Positions 36,753-46,285 of a stretch of DNA of 64,000 nucleotides are shown here, one piece after another. The stretch is from a virus. The position numbers were made by a program, and so were the translations under genes. The notes under the pieces were generated by a model. The model did no database searches. It saw only the letters and a program-made list of their open reading frames with translations, and was not told the DNA's origin. The stretch lies in IMG/VR virus record IMGVR_UViG_3300044449_000227. One strand, 5' to 3'. The stretch's first letter is position 1; every line of letters begins with the position of its first letter.

Positions 36753-37046
36753 TTGGCGAACCGCGTCTGGCATCCGGAGGACATCAAGGCGGCGGTGCGG
36801 AAAACCGGCACCACCCTGAGCCGCCTGGCCCTGGACAGCGGGCTTTGGGACTCCGCCTGCCGCCAAGCCCTGCACGGGCCGCAATACCAAGGCGAGCAGG
36901 CGATCGCCCGCCACCTCGGCATCCCCGCCCAGGAGCTCTGGCCCTCCCGATACGACAGCGACGGCACGCCGAAGCACGCCCGCGCCAGATCCCAGCATCG
37001 GGCGCCCCGCGAGCGCGGTCAACGTCTAAGCGCCAAGGTCGCCTAG
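36753..37046 (+). CDS. ner: Ner/Nlp family DNA-binding protein
   Basis: WHPEDIKAAVRKTGTTLSRLA...GEQAIARHLG...LWPSRY. Confidence 0.93.
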   Translation: MANRVWHPEDIKAAVRKTGTTLSRLALDSGLWDSACRQALHGPQYQGEQAIARHLGIPAQELWPSRYDSDGTPKHARARSQHRAPRERGQRLSAKVA

Positions 37047-37048
37047 GC

Positions 37049-37528
37049 ATGACGAAGCGCGCTCCGCAGACGCAGCAGTTGACGCTGGACGGGTGGCTGG
37101 AAGCGGAGGCCACCCGCACGGCCCGCGGCCGGCCGGACCCGGTGATCGGCGACCGGCTCTGCGGATGGCTGGCGGAGGCGATGGAGCAATCCGGCAAGGA
37201 CCGCTTCCAGCTCGCCGCCGACATGACGCGGATCACGGGCGAGGAGATCGCCAAGACCAGCCTGGACGCCTGGACGGCGACCGCGAAGCGCAAATGGCGC
37301 TTCCCCTTGTCCTATTTGCCGGCGCTGGTCGAAGCGACCGGGGCCTATTGGCTGCTGGACAGAGTCGCCGAGACCGTGGGCTGCAAGGTGCTGGTGGCCC
37401 AGGAACACGTCTACTACCGCCTCGGCAAGCTGCAGGAAGAGCGCCGCCGGTTGGAGGAGCAGGAACGCTACCTGAGCCGCCTCGCACCGCCTCGCGGCAC
37501 CTCGGAAGGCGGGGGTGGCCCGGCATGA
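37049..37528 (+). CDS. Phage regulatory protein (CII-like)
   Basis: SGKDRFQLAADMT...LDAWTA...WRFPLSYLPALVEATG. Confidence 0.7.
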   Translation: MTKRAPQTQQLTLDGWLEAEATRTARGRPDPVIGDRLCGWLAEAMEQSGKDRFQLAADMTRITGEEIAKTSLDAWTATAKRKWRFPLSYLPALVEATGAYWLLDRVAETVGCKVLVAQEHVYYRLGKLQEERRRLEEQERYLSRLAPPRGTSEGGGGPA

Positions 37529-37740
37529 CGCGCGACGAAGCGCTCCGCATCGCCAATGCCGGCAAGCGGCTCGATCGAGCGATCCGGCACGACCGGCTCA
37601 ATCGGGCACGCCTGGTGGCGGTCTTTCGCGAAACCACGCGGCGATCTCTTCCGCAATCTCCTCCGGCGTCGCTGTGGACCACCATTCGAGCAGCGCTGCG
37701 AGCCGCTCGCGGCCGGCGTCCTCTTGGAGGGCGGCCATGA
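37525..37740 (+). CDS. Small hypothetical protein
   Basis: ATGA coupling; overlaps the 3' end of an antisense ORF. Confidence 0.45.
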   Translation: MTRDEALRIANAGKRLDRAIRHDRLNRARLVAVFRETTRRSLPQSPPASLWTTIRAALRAARGRRPLGGRP

Positions 37741-38023
37741 CGATCAGCGCTTTCACCGGATCGAGGCCTGGTTCCTGCCCAAGCGCCTCGATGCGTGCGG
37801 CCGTCGCCTGGACCATACCGGCCACATCGTTCTCGTCGCGCGTCTGCAGCATGGCGATGCCCGAGCCGAAGACGCGCCGCATGCGATCCAGCTTGGCCGA
37901 ACTGTCGATCAGTGACAGGGCCAGAAACGTCAAGGTCCACCGGCTCGCTTCGCGCTCGATCTCCAGCAGCCGCCGAAGCACGCCGACTTCGACCTTGAGC
38001 TCCAGCCAGTGCTCTTCGTCCAT
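37598..38023 (-). CDS. Antisense hypothetical protein in the early operon
   Basis: Strong GAGGAGGGAAGGG RBS before ATG; helical 141-aa product. Confidence 0.65.
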   Translation of the reverse strand: MDEEHWLELKVEVGVLRRLLEIEREASRWTLTFLALSLIDSSAKLDRMRRVFGSGIAMLQTRDENDVAGMVQATAARIEALGQEPGLDPVKALIVMAALQEDAGRERLAALLEWWSTATPEEIAEEIAAWFRERPPPGVPD

Positions 38024-38125
38024 CCCTTCCCTCCTCGGTCGCTTGGCGGCACCGAGTGTAGGGGGCGGCCGGACTGCCGTCATCCGTGCGGTCCGGCCGT
38101 CGCGCGCTACCTGCGGAGGTGGCGC

Positions 38126-40336
38126 ATGAAGACCTGGTGGAGCGCCAAGGAGCTGGCCGAGGCCAAGCTGCCCGGATTGCCCGGGACGAAGTTCCGCGTG
38201 ACCAAACGCGCAGAGGCCGAGGGCTGGCAGCGGCGCGAGATCGAGGCCAAGGGCGGCGTCGCCTACCGGTACCACCTCGCCGACCTGCCCGCAGCGGCGC
38301 GGCTCGAGCTGGCGCTGCGGACACGTGCGGAGCCTGTCGAGGGGGATGTCGCCGAAGCGGCCGCGGACACGGGGGATCGACGCCAGCACGTCGCCGCCCC
38401 CGGCGGCCGGAAGGACAAGGCGGCCGCGCGCGCCTGGCTCGTGCGCGCCTGCGGCGAGCTGGCGGAGGAGGGGCGGCTGTCGCAGCGGGCCGTCCGCGTG
38501 GGCTTCGTCGAGGCCTACAACGCGGGCCGGCTGGCGGCGCCGGCGTGGGTCCGCGGGGCCTATCCGAAGATCTCCGGCAGTTCCGTCGAGCGGTGGCAGG
38601 GCACGGTCCGGGCCGCAGCGGCCGACGCGGTCGGCGACGCCGGGGTCCGCGATGCCGCCGCCGCCCTGGCGGACCGTCGCGGGCGGCACCGCAAGGGGTC
38701 CGGCGTGCTGGACCGCAACCCGCCGATGGCCCGGCTGGTCGAGGGCATGCTGTCCCGCCATCCGCTGGCAGGCCCGGCCGAGGTGATGGAGGCGTTACGG
38801 GCCGATTTCGCCGGCGAAACGCTGCCCTCCTACCGGACGCTGCAGCGCTGGATGTCCGCCTGGAAGGACCGGAACCGGCAGCTGCACGCCTTCGTCGCCG
38901 ACCCGGACGGGCATCGCAGCCGCTTCGGCGCGGCCGCCGGCGACGCGGGCGCCGGGATCGTCCGCGTCAACCAGCTGTGGGAGATGGACTCGACGCCGAC
39001 CGACGTGATGCTCGCCGACGGCCGGCGGCATGCGGTGCTGGGCGTAATCGACGTCTTCTCGCGCCGCAAGCTGATGCTGGTCGCGCGCACCTCGACCGCG
39101 GCCGCGGTCCTAGCCCTGCTGCGCCGGGCCATCCTGGAGTGGGGCGTCCCCGAGACGGTCAAGACCGACAACGGCGCCGACTACGCCTCGCGCGCGGTGG
39201 CCGGAGGGCTGGCGGCGCTGCAGATCCGGCACCTGCTGTGCGACCCCTTCCAGCCCCAGCAGAAGCCCTTCATCGAGCGGGCGCTGGGCACCATGAGCCA
39301 CGGCCTCGTGGAGCTGCTGCCCGGCTACGTCGGGCACGACGTGGCCGAGCGGGAGGCCATCCGCAACCGCGCGGCCTTCGCCAAGCGTCTGATGGACGGC
39401 CGCGGGCGGTCGCAGGACGGGCCGTCCGCCGTCGACGCCAGCCACCTGAGCCCGGCCGAGCTGCAGGACCTGCTCGACCGCTGGTGCGGGCACCTCTACG
39501 CGCACGCGCCACACGGCGGCCTCAAGGGCAAGACCCCCGTGCAGCAAGCCGCCAGCTGCCGCGCGCCGCGCAAGCGCGTCGAGAACGCCGAGGCGCTGGC
39601 CGTCCTGCTGTCGGAGCTGCCCTCGAACGACGGCTGGCGCACGGTCGGCAAGAAGGGCGTCTCGGTCGGCGGCCACTCCTACGGCGCGCCGGAGCTGGGC
39701 GCCTGGATCGGCCGCAAGGTGCGCCTGCGCTACGACGACGCCGACGCCGGCCGTCTTTGGGTCTTCGACGAGGACGAGGCCTTCCTGTGCGTCGCCGAGT
39801 GCCCGGAGCTGAGCGGCGCCGACCGGCGAACGCTGGCGCTGGCGATGAAGGCGGTCCAGCGCCAGCACCTCAAGGACGGCCGCGCGCGGCTGACGGCGGC
39901 CGAGCGCGCCGCCGACGTCGCCAACGTGGTGCCGCGCATCCTGGCGGCCGCCGAGCGCAACCACGGCCACGTGGTCGCCTTCGAGGGCCGCGGCACGGGC
40001 TACAGCTCGCCGGGCCTGGAGGCCGCGGCCGACGCGGCCGCGGCCCGCTCCGCCGGCGGCACGCCGCGCCCCCTGAGCGAGGACGAAGAGGCCGCCGCGG
40101 CCGAGGCCTGGGCCGAGCTGACCGACGAGGGGCCGCACGCCGACAACGTGGTGCCGCTCGGTCCCGCCAGCGAGGGCGAGCGGCCCTTCTTCGAGACGGA
40201 CGAGGCCTTCGTGCTCTGGGTGCTCGCGCACCCGGAGGCGGCTTCCGACGAGGACCGGCGGCACGCGGACCGGCTGCTGACGCCGACCATGCGCCTGCTG
40301 CTGGGCCTGGAGGACTCGGTCCGCGCGACCGGGTGA
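38126..40336 (+). CDS. Mu-like DDE transposase A
   Basis: Mu DNA-binding N-terminus (WWSAKELA...LPGLP); WEMDSTPTD, KTDNGADY and KPFIER catalytic motifs. Confidence 0.95.
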   Translation: MKTWWSAKELAEAKLPGLPGTKFRVTKRAEAEGWQRREIEAKGGVAYRYHLADLPAAARLELALRTRAEPVEGDVAEAAADTGDRRQHVAAPGGRKDKAAARAWLVRACGELAEEGRLSQRAVRVGFVEAYNAGRLAAPAWVRGAYPKISGSSVERWQGTVRAAAADAVGDAGVRDAAAALADRRGRHRKGSGVLDRNPPMARLVEGMLSRHPLAGPAEVMEALRADFAGETLPSYRTLQRWMSAWKDRNRQLHAFVADPDGHRSRFGAAAGDAGAGIVRVNQLWEMDSTPTDVMLADGRRHAVLGVIDVFSRRKLMLVARTSTAAAVLALLRRAILEWGVPETVKTDNGADYASRAVAGGLAALQIRHLLCDPFQPQQKPFIERALGTMSHGLVELLPGYVGHDVAEREAIRNRAAFAKRLMDGRGRSQDGPSAVDASHLSPAELQDLLDRWCGHLYAHAPHGGLKGKTPVQQAASCRAPRKRVENAEALAVLLSELPSNDGWRTVGKKGVSVGGHSYGAPELGAWIGRKVRLRYDDADAGRLWVFDEDEAFLCVAECPELSGADRRTLALAMKAVQRQHLKDGRARLTAAERAADVANVVPRILAAAERNHGHVVAFEGRGTGYSSPGLEAAADAAAARSAGGTPRPLSEDEEAAAAEAWAELTDEGPHADNVVPLGPASEGERPFFETDEAFVLWVLAHPEAASDEDRRHADRLLTPTMRLLLGLEDSVRATG

Positions 40337-40438
40337 CGAGGACCGCCGGCTCCCCCTTTGGGAGGGGCCGGCGGGGACGTGAAATCCGCCCGCACGTGGC
40401 CGAGAGGTCCGCGGGCCGAGAGGGAGAGAGGTGAGACG

Positions 40439-41164
40439 GTGCGTAACCGCTTCGTTCAGACGGAAAACGTGCGCCGCTTCCTGAGTGCGGTGAAGACGCT
40501 GGAGGGGCGCGGCGCGCCCGAGGCCTGCATGGTGCTGGCCACCGGGGACGCCGCGCACGGCAAGACCCGGTGCGGTGCCTGGTATGCCAACCAGACCGAC
40601 GCGATCCTGATCAGGATCAAGTCGGCGGCGACGCCGCACTGGTTCCTGACCGACCTGGTCCGCGCCTGCGGCGAGTCGAAGCCGGCGCACAGCAGCGAGA
40701 AGCTCTTCGCGCAGGCGTTGCAGCACCTCGTCCCGAACCCGCGCCCGATCGTGATCGACGAGGTCGAGAACGCGGTGCGGGACATCAAGGTGATCGAGAC
40801 GATCCGCGACGTCTCCGACGCGTGCGAGACGCCGGTCATCCTGCTCGGCCGGGAGCACGTGGTCGGGCGGCTCAAGCGCGAGCGACAGGTCTGGAGCCGC
40901 ATCCAGGCGCGCGCGGAGTTCCAGCGCTGCAGCCTGGAGGACGTGCGCCTGGCCGCCGAGACGCTCTGCGAAGTGCCGGTCGGCGAAGACGTGCTGGCGC
41001 GCGTGCTGGAGGACAGCGAAGGCTACATCCGCGAGATCGTCAGCGCCTTGGCGCATGTCGAGCGCATCGGCCTGCGCAACAAGGGGGCCTCCGTCACCTC
41101 CGCGATGGTCCAGGACAAGACCCTGGTCCGCGATCACCAGCGCCAGGGACGCGCGGCGGCATGA
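40439..41164 (+). CDS. Transposition AAA+ ATPase (MuB-like)
   Basis: Walker A GDAAHGKT, Walker B IVIDEVE. Confidence 0.92.
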   Translation: MRNRFVQTENVRRFLSAVKTLEGRGAPEACMVLATGDAAHGKTRCGAWYANQTDAILIRIKSAATPHWFLTDLVRACGESKPAHSSEKLFAQALQHLVPNPRPIVIDEVENAVRDIKVIETIRDVSDACETPVILLGREHVVGRLKRERQVWSRIQARAEFQRCSLEDVRLAAETLCEVPVGEDVLARVLEDSEGYIREIVSALAHVERIGLRNKGASVTSAMVQDKTLVRDHQRQGRAAA

Positions 41165-41793
41165 GCGGGCGGCCGAACGCGACCGAACCGAACCAGGCGC
41201 CTCAGCGCCGAACTCTGGCGACCCTGGTCCTGCAGGCACTGCCGGAGGCCGGCGCCTGCGTGACCGTGCCGCAGATCGCCGAGGCGACCGGGATCGAGCG
41301 GCGGGACGTCACCAAGGCCTTGGACGTTCTCCACCGGCGCAAGCTCGCCATTCGCCAGCGGCCAGGCTGCTTCCTGGTCACGGCGGCGGGCGTCGCCGCG
41401 CGCGACGGGGGCACGACGATCACCTGCGGCCCGAAGGGGCGGCACACGGGGCGCCGGAAGGCGGTCCGCCAGACGACCCTGCGGGACAAGGCCTGGCGGA
41501 CCATGCGGTCGCTCGTGGTCTTCACGCTGGGCGACCTGATCGAGCTGGCGGACACCGAGACGCGCGACCCGGAGGGCAACCTCGGTCGGTACGTCCGGGC
41601 CCTGGTCGCCGCCGGCTTCGTGGCTGAGTTGCGGCGGAGGGAGCCGGGCACCGCCCCGACGAGCAACGGGGCGAAGCGCTACCGGCTCATGCGGGACGAC
41701 GGCCCCCAAACGCCGCGCATCAGCCGCGGCGAGCTCTGGGACCCCAACACCGAGACGGCCTATCCGCTCGACGGCGGGGAGGTGCGCCGATGA
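41161..41793 (+). CDS. Winged-helix DNA-binding protein
   Basis: Two wHTH-like segments; RYRLMRDDGP. Confidence 0.75.
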   Translation: MSGRPNATEPNQAPQRRTLATLVLQALPEAGACVTVPQIAEATGIERRDVTKALDVLHRRKLAIRQRPGCFLVTAAGVAARDGGTTITCGPKGRHTGRRKAVRQTTLRDKAWRTMRSLVVFTLGDLIELADTETRDPEGNLGRYVRALVAAGFVAELRRREPGTAPTSNGAKRYRLMRDDGPQTPRISRGELWDPNTETAYPLDGGEVRR

Positions 41794-42179
41794 CCGGGAC
41801 GACCCGCTTCGCCGCCGACTGCCAGGCGGCGTGGAACGGCGAGGCGCCCGACTGGGTGCTGGCGCTCGCCGCCGAGTGCGACCGGCGCGGCACGCCGGGC
41901 AAGGCCGCCAGCGCCTGCGGGATCTCGCGCGCGACGGTCACGCTGTTGATCCGAAACCGCTACGAGCGCGAGGCGCGGAGCGTCGAGGCCAAGGTCCGCG
42001 GTGCCTTGATGGCGGCGACGGTCGATTGCCCGGTCCTCGGCGAACTGCCGCGCGACCGCTGTGTGGCGCACCAGGAGCGCAAGCTGGCCGACGTGGGCAC
42101 CTCGCCGCAACACGTCCGCCTCTACCGCGCCTGCCAGACCTGCCCAAACAACCTCAAGACGGGAGCGAGCGATGCTTAG
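41790..42179 (+). CDS. HTH plus Cys-motif early protein
   Basis: PDWVLALA...GISRATV...CPVLG...RACQTCPN. Confidence 0.8.
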   Translation: MTGTTRFAADCQAAWNGEAPDWVLALAAECDRRGTPGKAASACGISRATVTLLIRNRYEREARSVEAKVRGALMAATVDCPVLGELPRDRCVAHQERKLADVGTSPQHVRLYRACQTCPNNLKTGASDA

Positions 42180-42633
42180 CGCGCACCTCAAGGACTTGGC
42201 CGACATGGCCTCGCAAGAGCTGCAGGGCACCGGCGAGGTCTGGTTTCCGGCCGAGTGGCTCGATCAGCTGCTGGCGCTCCGCGGCCGCGTGGCGGCGCTG
42301 GAAGACCGGCTGGAGATCGTCGGCACGCTGCGCCCCTCGCACAGGCTGAGCAACACGGCCGCGATGCTGACCCAGGCCTTCGCGGCCGGCGAGGCGCACG
42401 GGCCGAAGGTGGCCGAAGGCCTGGCGTACCTCCAGGAGCTGGTCTCCGAGATCCGCGCCCTCGAGGAGCGCGAGCTGGCCGCACCCGTGGTGGTCAGCCT
42501 CGACGCCGAGCGCGCACGTCGCGGCCTGCAGGCCTTCCTGCACGGCCCCGACACGCCGCGCGCCGCACCCGCTTCGCCGCCGCGGCCGCCGGCAGGCCCG
42601 TCCCGCGGCCCGAGCGGCGGAGACGCCGCCTGA
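42172..42633 (+). CDS. Hypothetical protein
   Basis: RBS, overlap with upstream gene, coiled-coil content. Confidence 0.6.
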   Translation: MLSAHLKDLADMASQELQGTGEVWFPAEWLDQLLALRGRVAALEDRLEIVGTLRPSHRLSNTAAMLTQAFAAGEAHGPKVAEGLAYLQELVSEIRALEERELAAPVVVSLDAERARRGLQAFLHGPDTPRAAPASPPRPPAGPSRGPSGGDAA

Positions 42634-42733
42634 TGCGCCGGCCGCTCCGTATCCCCTTCGTCCGCGCGTGCCGCCAGCAGCTGCGCTGGTGGCGGACGCT
42701 GCTGTCCAACCCAGCGACCCTGAGGAGAAGCTG

Positions 42734-43426
42734 ATGTCCGACCAGACCGAGACCGCCGCCGAGGGCGCCGTGCCAGAGCGCGCGCCCAAGCACAGCCTGC
42801 CGACGCCGCCGGTGGCGGTGCCGGCCGGCTTCCTGATGGACGCCAAGGGCCGGTTGGTGCCCGAGGAGATGGTCAAGCCGGCCGAGCTGCTGGAAGACCA
42901 GACGGTGCGGAAGATCATGGGCTACGCCGTCGAGCTGGCGAACCAGGTCGACCGCTTCTTCCACCACACCCAGCTCGACGGGCAGGTCTTCCTGCAGGTC
43001 CTGGCCGAGGAGTACGGCGCGACCAAGCGCGGCGCCGAGGGCAAGGGCAACGTCACGCTCACCAGCTACGACGGCCTGATGAAGGTGCAGTTCGCCGTCG
43101 CCGAGCGCTTCGTCTTCGGACCCGAACTGAAGATCGCCAAGAGCCTGTTCGACGAGTGCCTGTCCGCCTGGTCGGAGGATGCGCGGCCGGAACTGCGCAC
43201 GATCATCACCGACGCCTTCGACGTGGATAAGGAGGGCCACGTCAACCGCGAAGCGGTCTTCCGCCTGCTGCGCCTGCGGATCGCCGACGCGCGCTGGGAG
43301 CAGGCGCAGGCGGCCATCGTCGACGCGGTCCGCATGGTCGGCAGCAAGCGCTATGTCCGCTTCTACGTGCGGCCCTCGCAGGACGCCCGCTGGCAGCCGG
43401 TCCCGATCGACCTGGCGGCGAGCTGA
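42734..43426 (+). CDS. DUF3164 family protein
   Basis: MDAKGRLVP...GNVTLTSYDG...AFDVDKEG...SKRYVRFY. Confidence 0.88.
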   Translation: MSDQTETAAEGAVPERAPKHSLPTPPVAVPAGFLMDAKGRLVPEEMVKPAELLEDQTVRKIMGYAVELANQVDRFFHHTQLDGQVFLQVLAEEYGATKRGAEGKGNVTLTSYDGLMKVQFAVAERFVFGPELKIAKSLFDECLSAWSEDARPELRTIITDAFDVDKEGHVNREAVFRLLRLRIADARWEQAQAAIVDAVRMVGSKRYVRFYVRPSQDARWQPVPIDLAAS

Positions 43427-43430
43427 CGTC

Positions 43431-44081
43431 ATGGCGCTGCAGCTCCACGCCCCTCAGGTCGATCTGCTCGGCCAGCCGCTGCCGGCGCCGCGGTCGCCGC
43501 GACAGCCGCTGGCACCGCCGCCGCCGATCGGGCGGACCTACGGCTGCCTGCTGATCGACCTGCCGTGGACATTCGAGCTGCGCAGCGAGGCCGGCGAGGG
43601 CAAGGCGCCGCAGGCCAAGTACGACTGCTGGTCGTCCGAGGAGCTGGCGACGCTCTGGCCGCGGCACCTCAACATCGACTGGATCTGCCTGCCGGACTGC
43701 GGCGCGGTCTTCTGGACCACCTGGCCGATGCTGCAGCAGTCCTTCCGGGTGATCGAGGGGTGGGGCTTCACCTATTCGACGGGCGGCAGCTGGCACAAGC
43801 GGACGGCCCGCGGAAAGTACCGCGTTGGCCCCGGCTACCGGCTTCGCAGCGCCTCCGAGCCCTTCCTGGTGGCCACCCGCGGGCGGCCGCCGATCAAGTC
43901 GCGGAACGCGCTCAACGCCCTGGACGAGGTGGCGCGGGAGCACAGCCGCAAGCCCGACAAGATCTATGCGCTCTGCGAGGCCCTGTTCGACGGGCCGTAC
44001 CTGGAAATCTGCGCCCGGCAGCAGGCGCCCGGCTGGGACGCCTGGGGCGACCAGGTCGGGCTGTTCGGCTTCGGGAGCTGA
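43431..44081 (+). CDS. MT-A70 family methyltransferase (DLPW variant)
   Basis: LIDLPWTF, WGFTY, GYRLR, EHSRKP, YLEICAR and WGDQ. Confidence 0.88.
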   Translation: MALQLHAPQVDLLGQPLPAPRSPRQPLAPPPPIGRTYGCLLIDLPWTFELRSEAGEGKAPQAKYDCWSSEELATLWPRHLNIDWICLPDCGAVFWTTWPMLQQSFRVIEGWGFTYSTGGSWHKRTARGKYRVGPGYRLRSASEPFLVATRGRPPIKSRNALNALDEVAREHSRKPDKIYALCEALFDGPYLEICARQQAPGWDAWGDQVGLFGFGS

Positions 44082-44095
44082 GGGAGGGCGATGGC

Positions 44096-44287
44096 ATGCC
44101 CTGGTCGCGCGAATTGGAGCTGAAGCTGGCGGAGAGCTGCGCGGAGCGCGCGGCGCTGAGCCACCGGCGCCAAGCCCGCGAGTACCTGGCCTGGCTGCGC
44201 CGCGAGAAGGCGCTGAAGACCGCGGCCGAGCAGGCCGACACCGAGGCGCGGGAGCGACCCGGCTACCGCGCCGACCTGGACGGATGA
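44096..44287 (+). CDS. Small hypothetical protein
   Basis: RBS and ATGA coupling. Confidence 0.5.
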   Translation: MPWSRELELKLAESCAERAALSHRRQAREYLAWLRREKALKTAAEQADTEARERPGYRADLDG

Positions 44288-44523
44288 CGGAGACGAGGAT
44301 GAGCGATCAACAGGAGCTGAACGGCGCGGTGCAGGCGGTCCTCGACCAGGCGCACGCCGAGTGCCGCGACGCCGAGGGCCACGTCGACCCGGCGCGGGTC
44401 GAGGTCTTCCTGGCGGCCACGGTGGTCAACCTGGCGCGCGGATCTTCGCCCGGCTTCCTGCGCCTGGCCGAGGCAGGCGGCGGTCCGCGCAAGGCCCCGC
44501 ATACCCCTGTGTCGGAGATCTGA
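44284..44523 (+). CDS. Small hypothetical protein
   Basis: Coupled ORF in the early operon. Confidence 0.55.
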   Translation: MTETRMSDQQELNGAVQAVLDQAHAECRDAEGHVDPARVEVFLAATVVNLARGSSPGFLRLAEAGGGPRKAPHTPVSEI

Positions 44524-44526
44524 CCC

Positions 44527-44973
44527 ATGCCCTGGACCCCCGTCGATATGAGTCGCCGAAGCCGTGGCGGCCTGGAGGGCGTCAGCCTTTCGGTCTTCAA
44601 GACCGAAGCGATGCACGGCCGCCCGCGCCTGACGCTGAACATCGGGAGCGACGTGCTGAGCGAGCTGAAGTGGAAGCTCGGCGAGCGCGTCGCGCTCTAC
44701 TTGGGCCACGATGAGGACAAGGGGCGTATTCGCTTCGAGCGCGCCGAAGCCGGAGCAAAACTCAGCCGACAGCACAGCAAGAGCGCCTGCGCGACGATCA
44801 CCATCAGCATCGTGAGGCTGGGTCTGGACCGAGCCGACGCGATCAGCGCGCGGTACGTTCGACACGAGATCGCGGATGGCGGATTGAACATCACTCTGCC
44901 GCCGCAGCTGGGCGGGCCGGTGCCCAACTTCCGCACCGAGAAAGTCGAGCCGCAGGCCGGGGGCGCGCAATGA
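44527..44973 (+). CDS. Hypothetical protein
   Basis: ORF filling the operon gap; ATGA coupling to gemA. Confidence 0.6.
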   Translation: MPWTPVDMSRRSRGGLEGVSLSVFKTEAMHGRPRLTLNIGSDVLSELKWKLGERVALYLGHDEDKGRIRFERAEAGAKLSRQHSKSACATITISIVRLGLDRADAISARYVRHEIADGGLNITLPPQLGGPVPNFRTEKVEPQAGGAQ

Positions 44974-46013
44974 GCGCCGCCGCGACGGCCAAGGTCGAGC
45001 GCTCCGAGGCGTGGAAGGGGCTGAACCGCCGCATCCGGGCCTGGCTCCGCGCGGCCGGCATCGACGAGGACGCGGACCAACGCGACCTCTTCGAGCGCGT
45101 GACGGGCCATAACTCCCTCGGCGACTGCAGTGAGGAACAGCTCCGACAGATCTGCGCCGAGCTGCGCGCACTCGACCCCGCCATCGGCGGCACGCCGGCC
45201 CCGTCCGCACGGCGCGAGACGGGCAAGCAGCGCGGCCCCAAGCGGGCCGGTTCGCGCAAGCTCGCCGAGGGTCCGCAGGCCTCGAAGGCGCGGGCGCTGT
45301 GGCTGGCGCTCTACCACCTGGGCGCCGTCCGCGACCCGGCCGAGCGCGCCCTGGACGCCTTCGTGCAGCGCCAGACCGGCGTGGCGAGCCTGGCGTGGGT
45401 CGGGCCGGAGGCGATGAACAGCGCGATCGAGGCCTTGAAGGACTGGTGCGCGCGGGAGGGCTTCGACCCGGCGAACCACGTGCCGGCGATGCGGCCCGAA
45501 CCGGGCACCTCCGTCCACGGCCTCAAGGCGCGCCTGGCAGCCGCGCTCTGGCTGCGCCTGCACCCGGACGAGGCGGCGGCCTTCCGCGGCCTGGCGAAGT
45601 TCGTCGGCACGCTGCACGACCGCGACCTCGGGCACCTCTCGGGCGCCCGGCTGGACGAGCTCGACCGCGCGATCGAGGCGCTGGGCGCCCTGGTCCGCAA
45701 GGCGAAGGAGGGGGGGGGGGCGATGAGTGAGCGAAATCTCTTCGGCGAGTTGGAGAGCGCGCCGGCGCTGAGCGACGCCGGGCGCAAGCGTCGGCAGCGG
45801 CGGCTGCGCGAGCGGCCGCGCGGTCATGCCATGCCGCCCGGTACTGGCCCGGACGGCGAGACGTGCAGGACGTGCCGGCATTCAACCCGCGTCGAGCTGG
45901 CGACAAAGGGCGTGCACAAGTGCGGCGCCAACCGAGCCCGTTGGAGCGCTTCGGTGGTCACCGACATTCGGTTGCGCGATCCCGCCTGCGCGAAGTGGGA
46001 GGCGAGAGACTGA
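44970..46013 (+). CDS. gemA: GemA/gp16 (DUF1018) protein fused in-frame through a G11 tract to a Cys-rich protein starting at 45723
   Basis: QRDLFERVTG...SL...ARALWLAL...ALDAFVQR...AIEALKDW; then G11 and MSERNLF...CRTC. Confidence 0.8.
   Translation: MSAAATAKVERSEAWKGLNRRIRAWLRAAGIDEDADQRDLFERVTGHNSLGDCSEEQLRQICAELRALDPAIGGTPAPSARRETGKQRGPKRAGSRKLAEGPQASKARALWLALYHLGAVRDPAERALDAFVQRQTGVASLAWVGPEAMNSAIEALKDWCAREGFDPANHVPAMRPEPGTSVHGLKARLAAALWLRLHPDEAAAFRGLAKFVGTLHDRDLGHLSGARLDELDRAIEALGALVRKAKEGGGAMSERNLFGELESAPALSDAGRKRRQRRLRERPRGHAMPPGTGPDGETCRTCRHSTRVELATKGVHKCGANRARWSASVVTDIRLRDPACAKWEARD
45710..45720 (+). repeat. G11 homopolymer tract
   Basis: Eleven consecutive G immediately before CGATGAG. 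Confidence 0.95.
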
Positions 46014-46282
46014 TGTCCCGCCATCGCCGCCCCGCCAGGCGCTGGCGGATCGCCAGCATCACCGAGGTCATCGACCGCGACCCGGTGGCCCGTGGCCTCG
46101 ACGGCCGCCTGCTCGCCATCGGCTACACGCGGCAGATCGACAGCACCTCCTGGAGGGCCGGGCCGGACGTGGCCCGCACTGTGATGGTGGGCTATCGCCG
46201 GCACGGCTGCCCGCCGGTGACGCTCACCCTGCGGCTGCTGCCGAGCGACCTGGTCCAGGCGCGGCCGGGCGAGGCCGGCTGA
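46013..46282 (+). CDS. Hypothetical protein
   Basis: TGATG coupling. Confidence 0.5.
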   Translation: MSRHRRPARRWRIASITEVIDRDPVARGLDGRLLAIGYTRQIDSTSWRAGPDVARTVMVGYRRHGCPPVTLTLRLLPSDLVQARPGEAG

Positions 46283-46285
46283 CCC

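Noticed and set aside
40343-40374. GC-rich hairpin between transposase A and B
   Set aside because: No U-tract; hairpins are common at this GC content and no function can be supported
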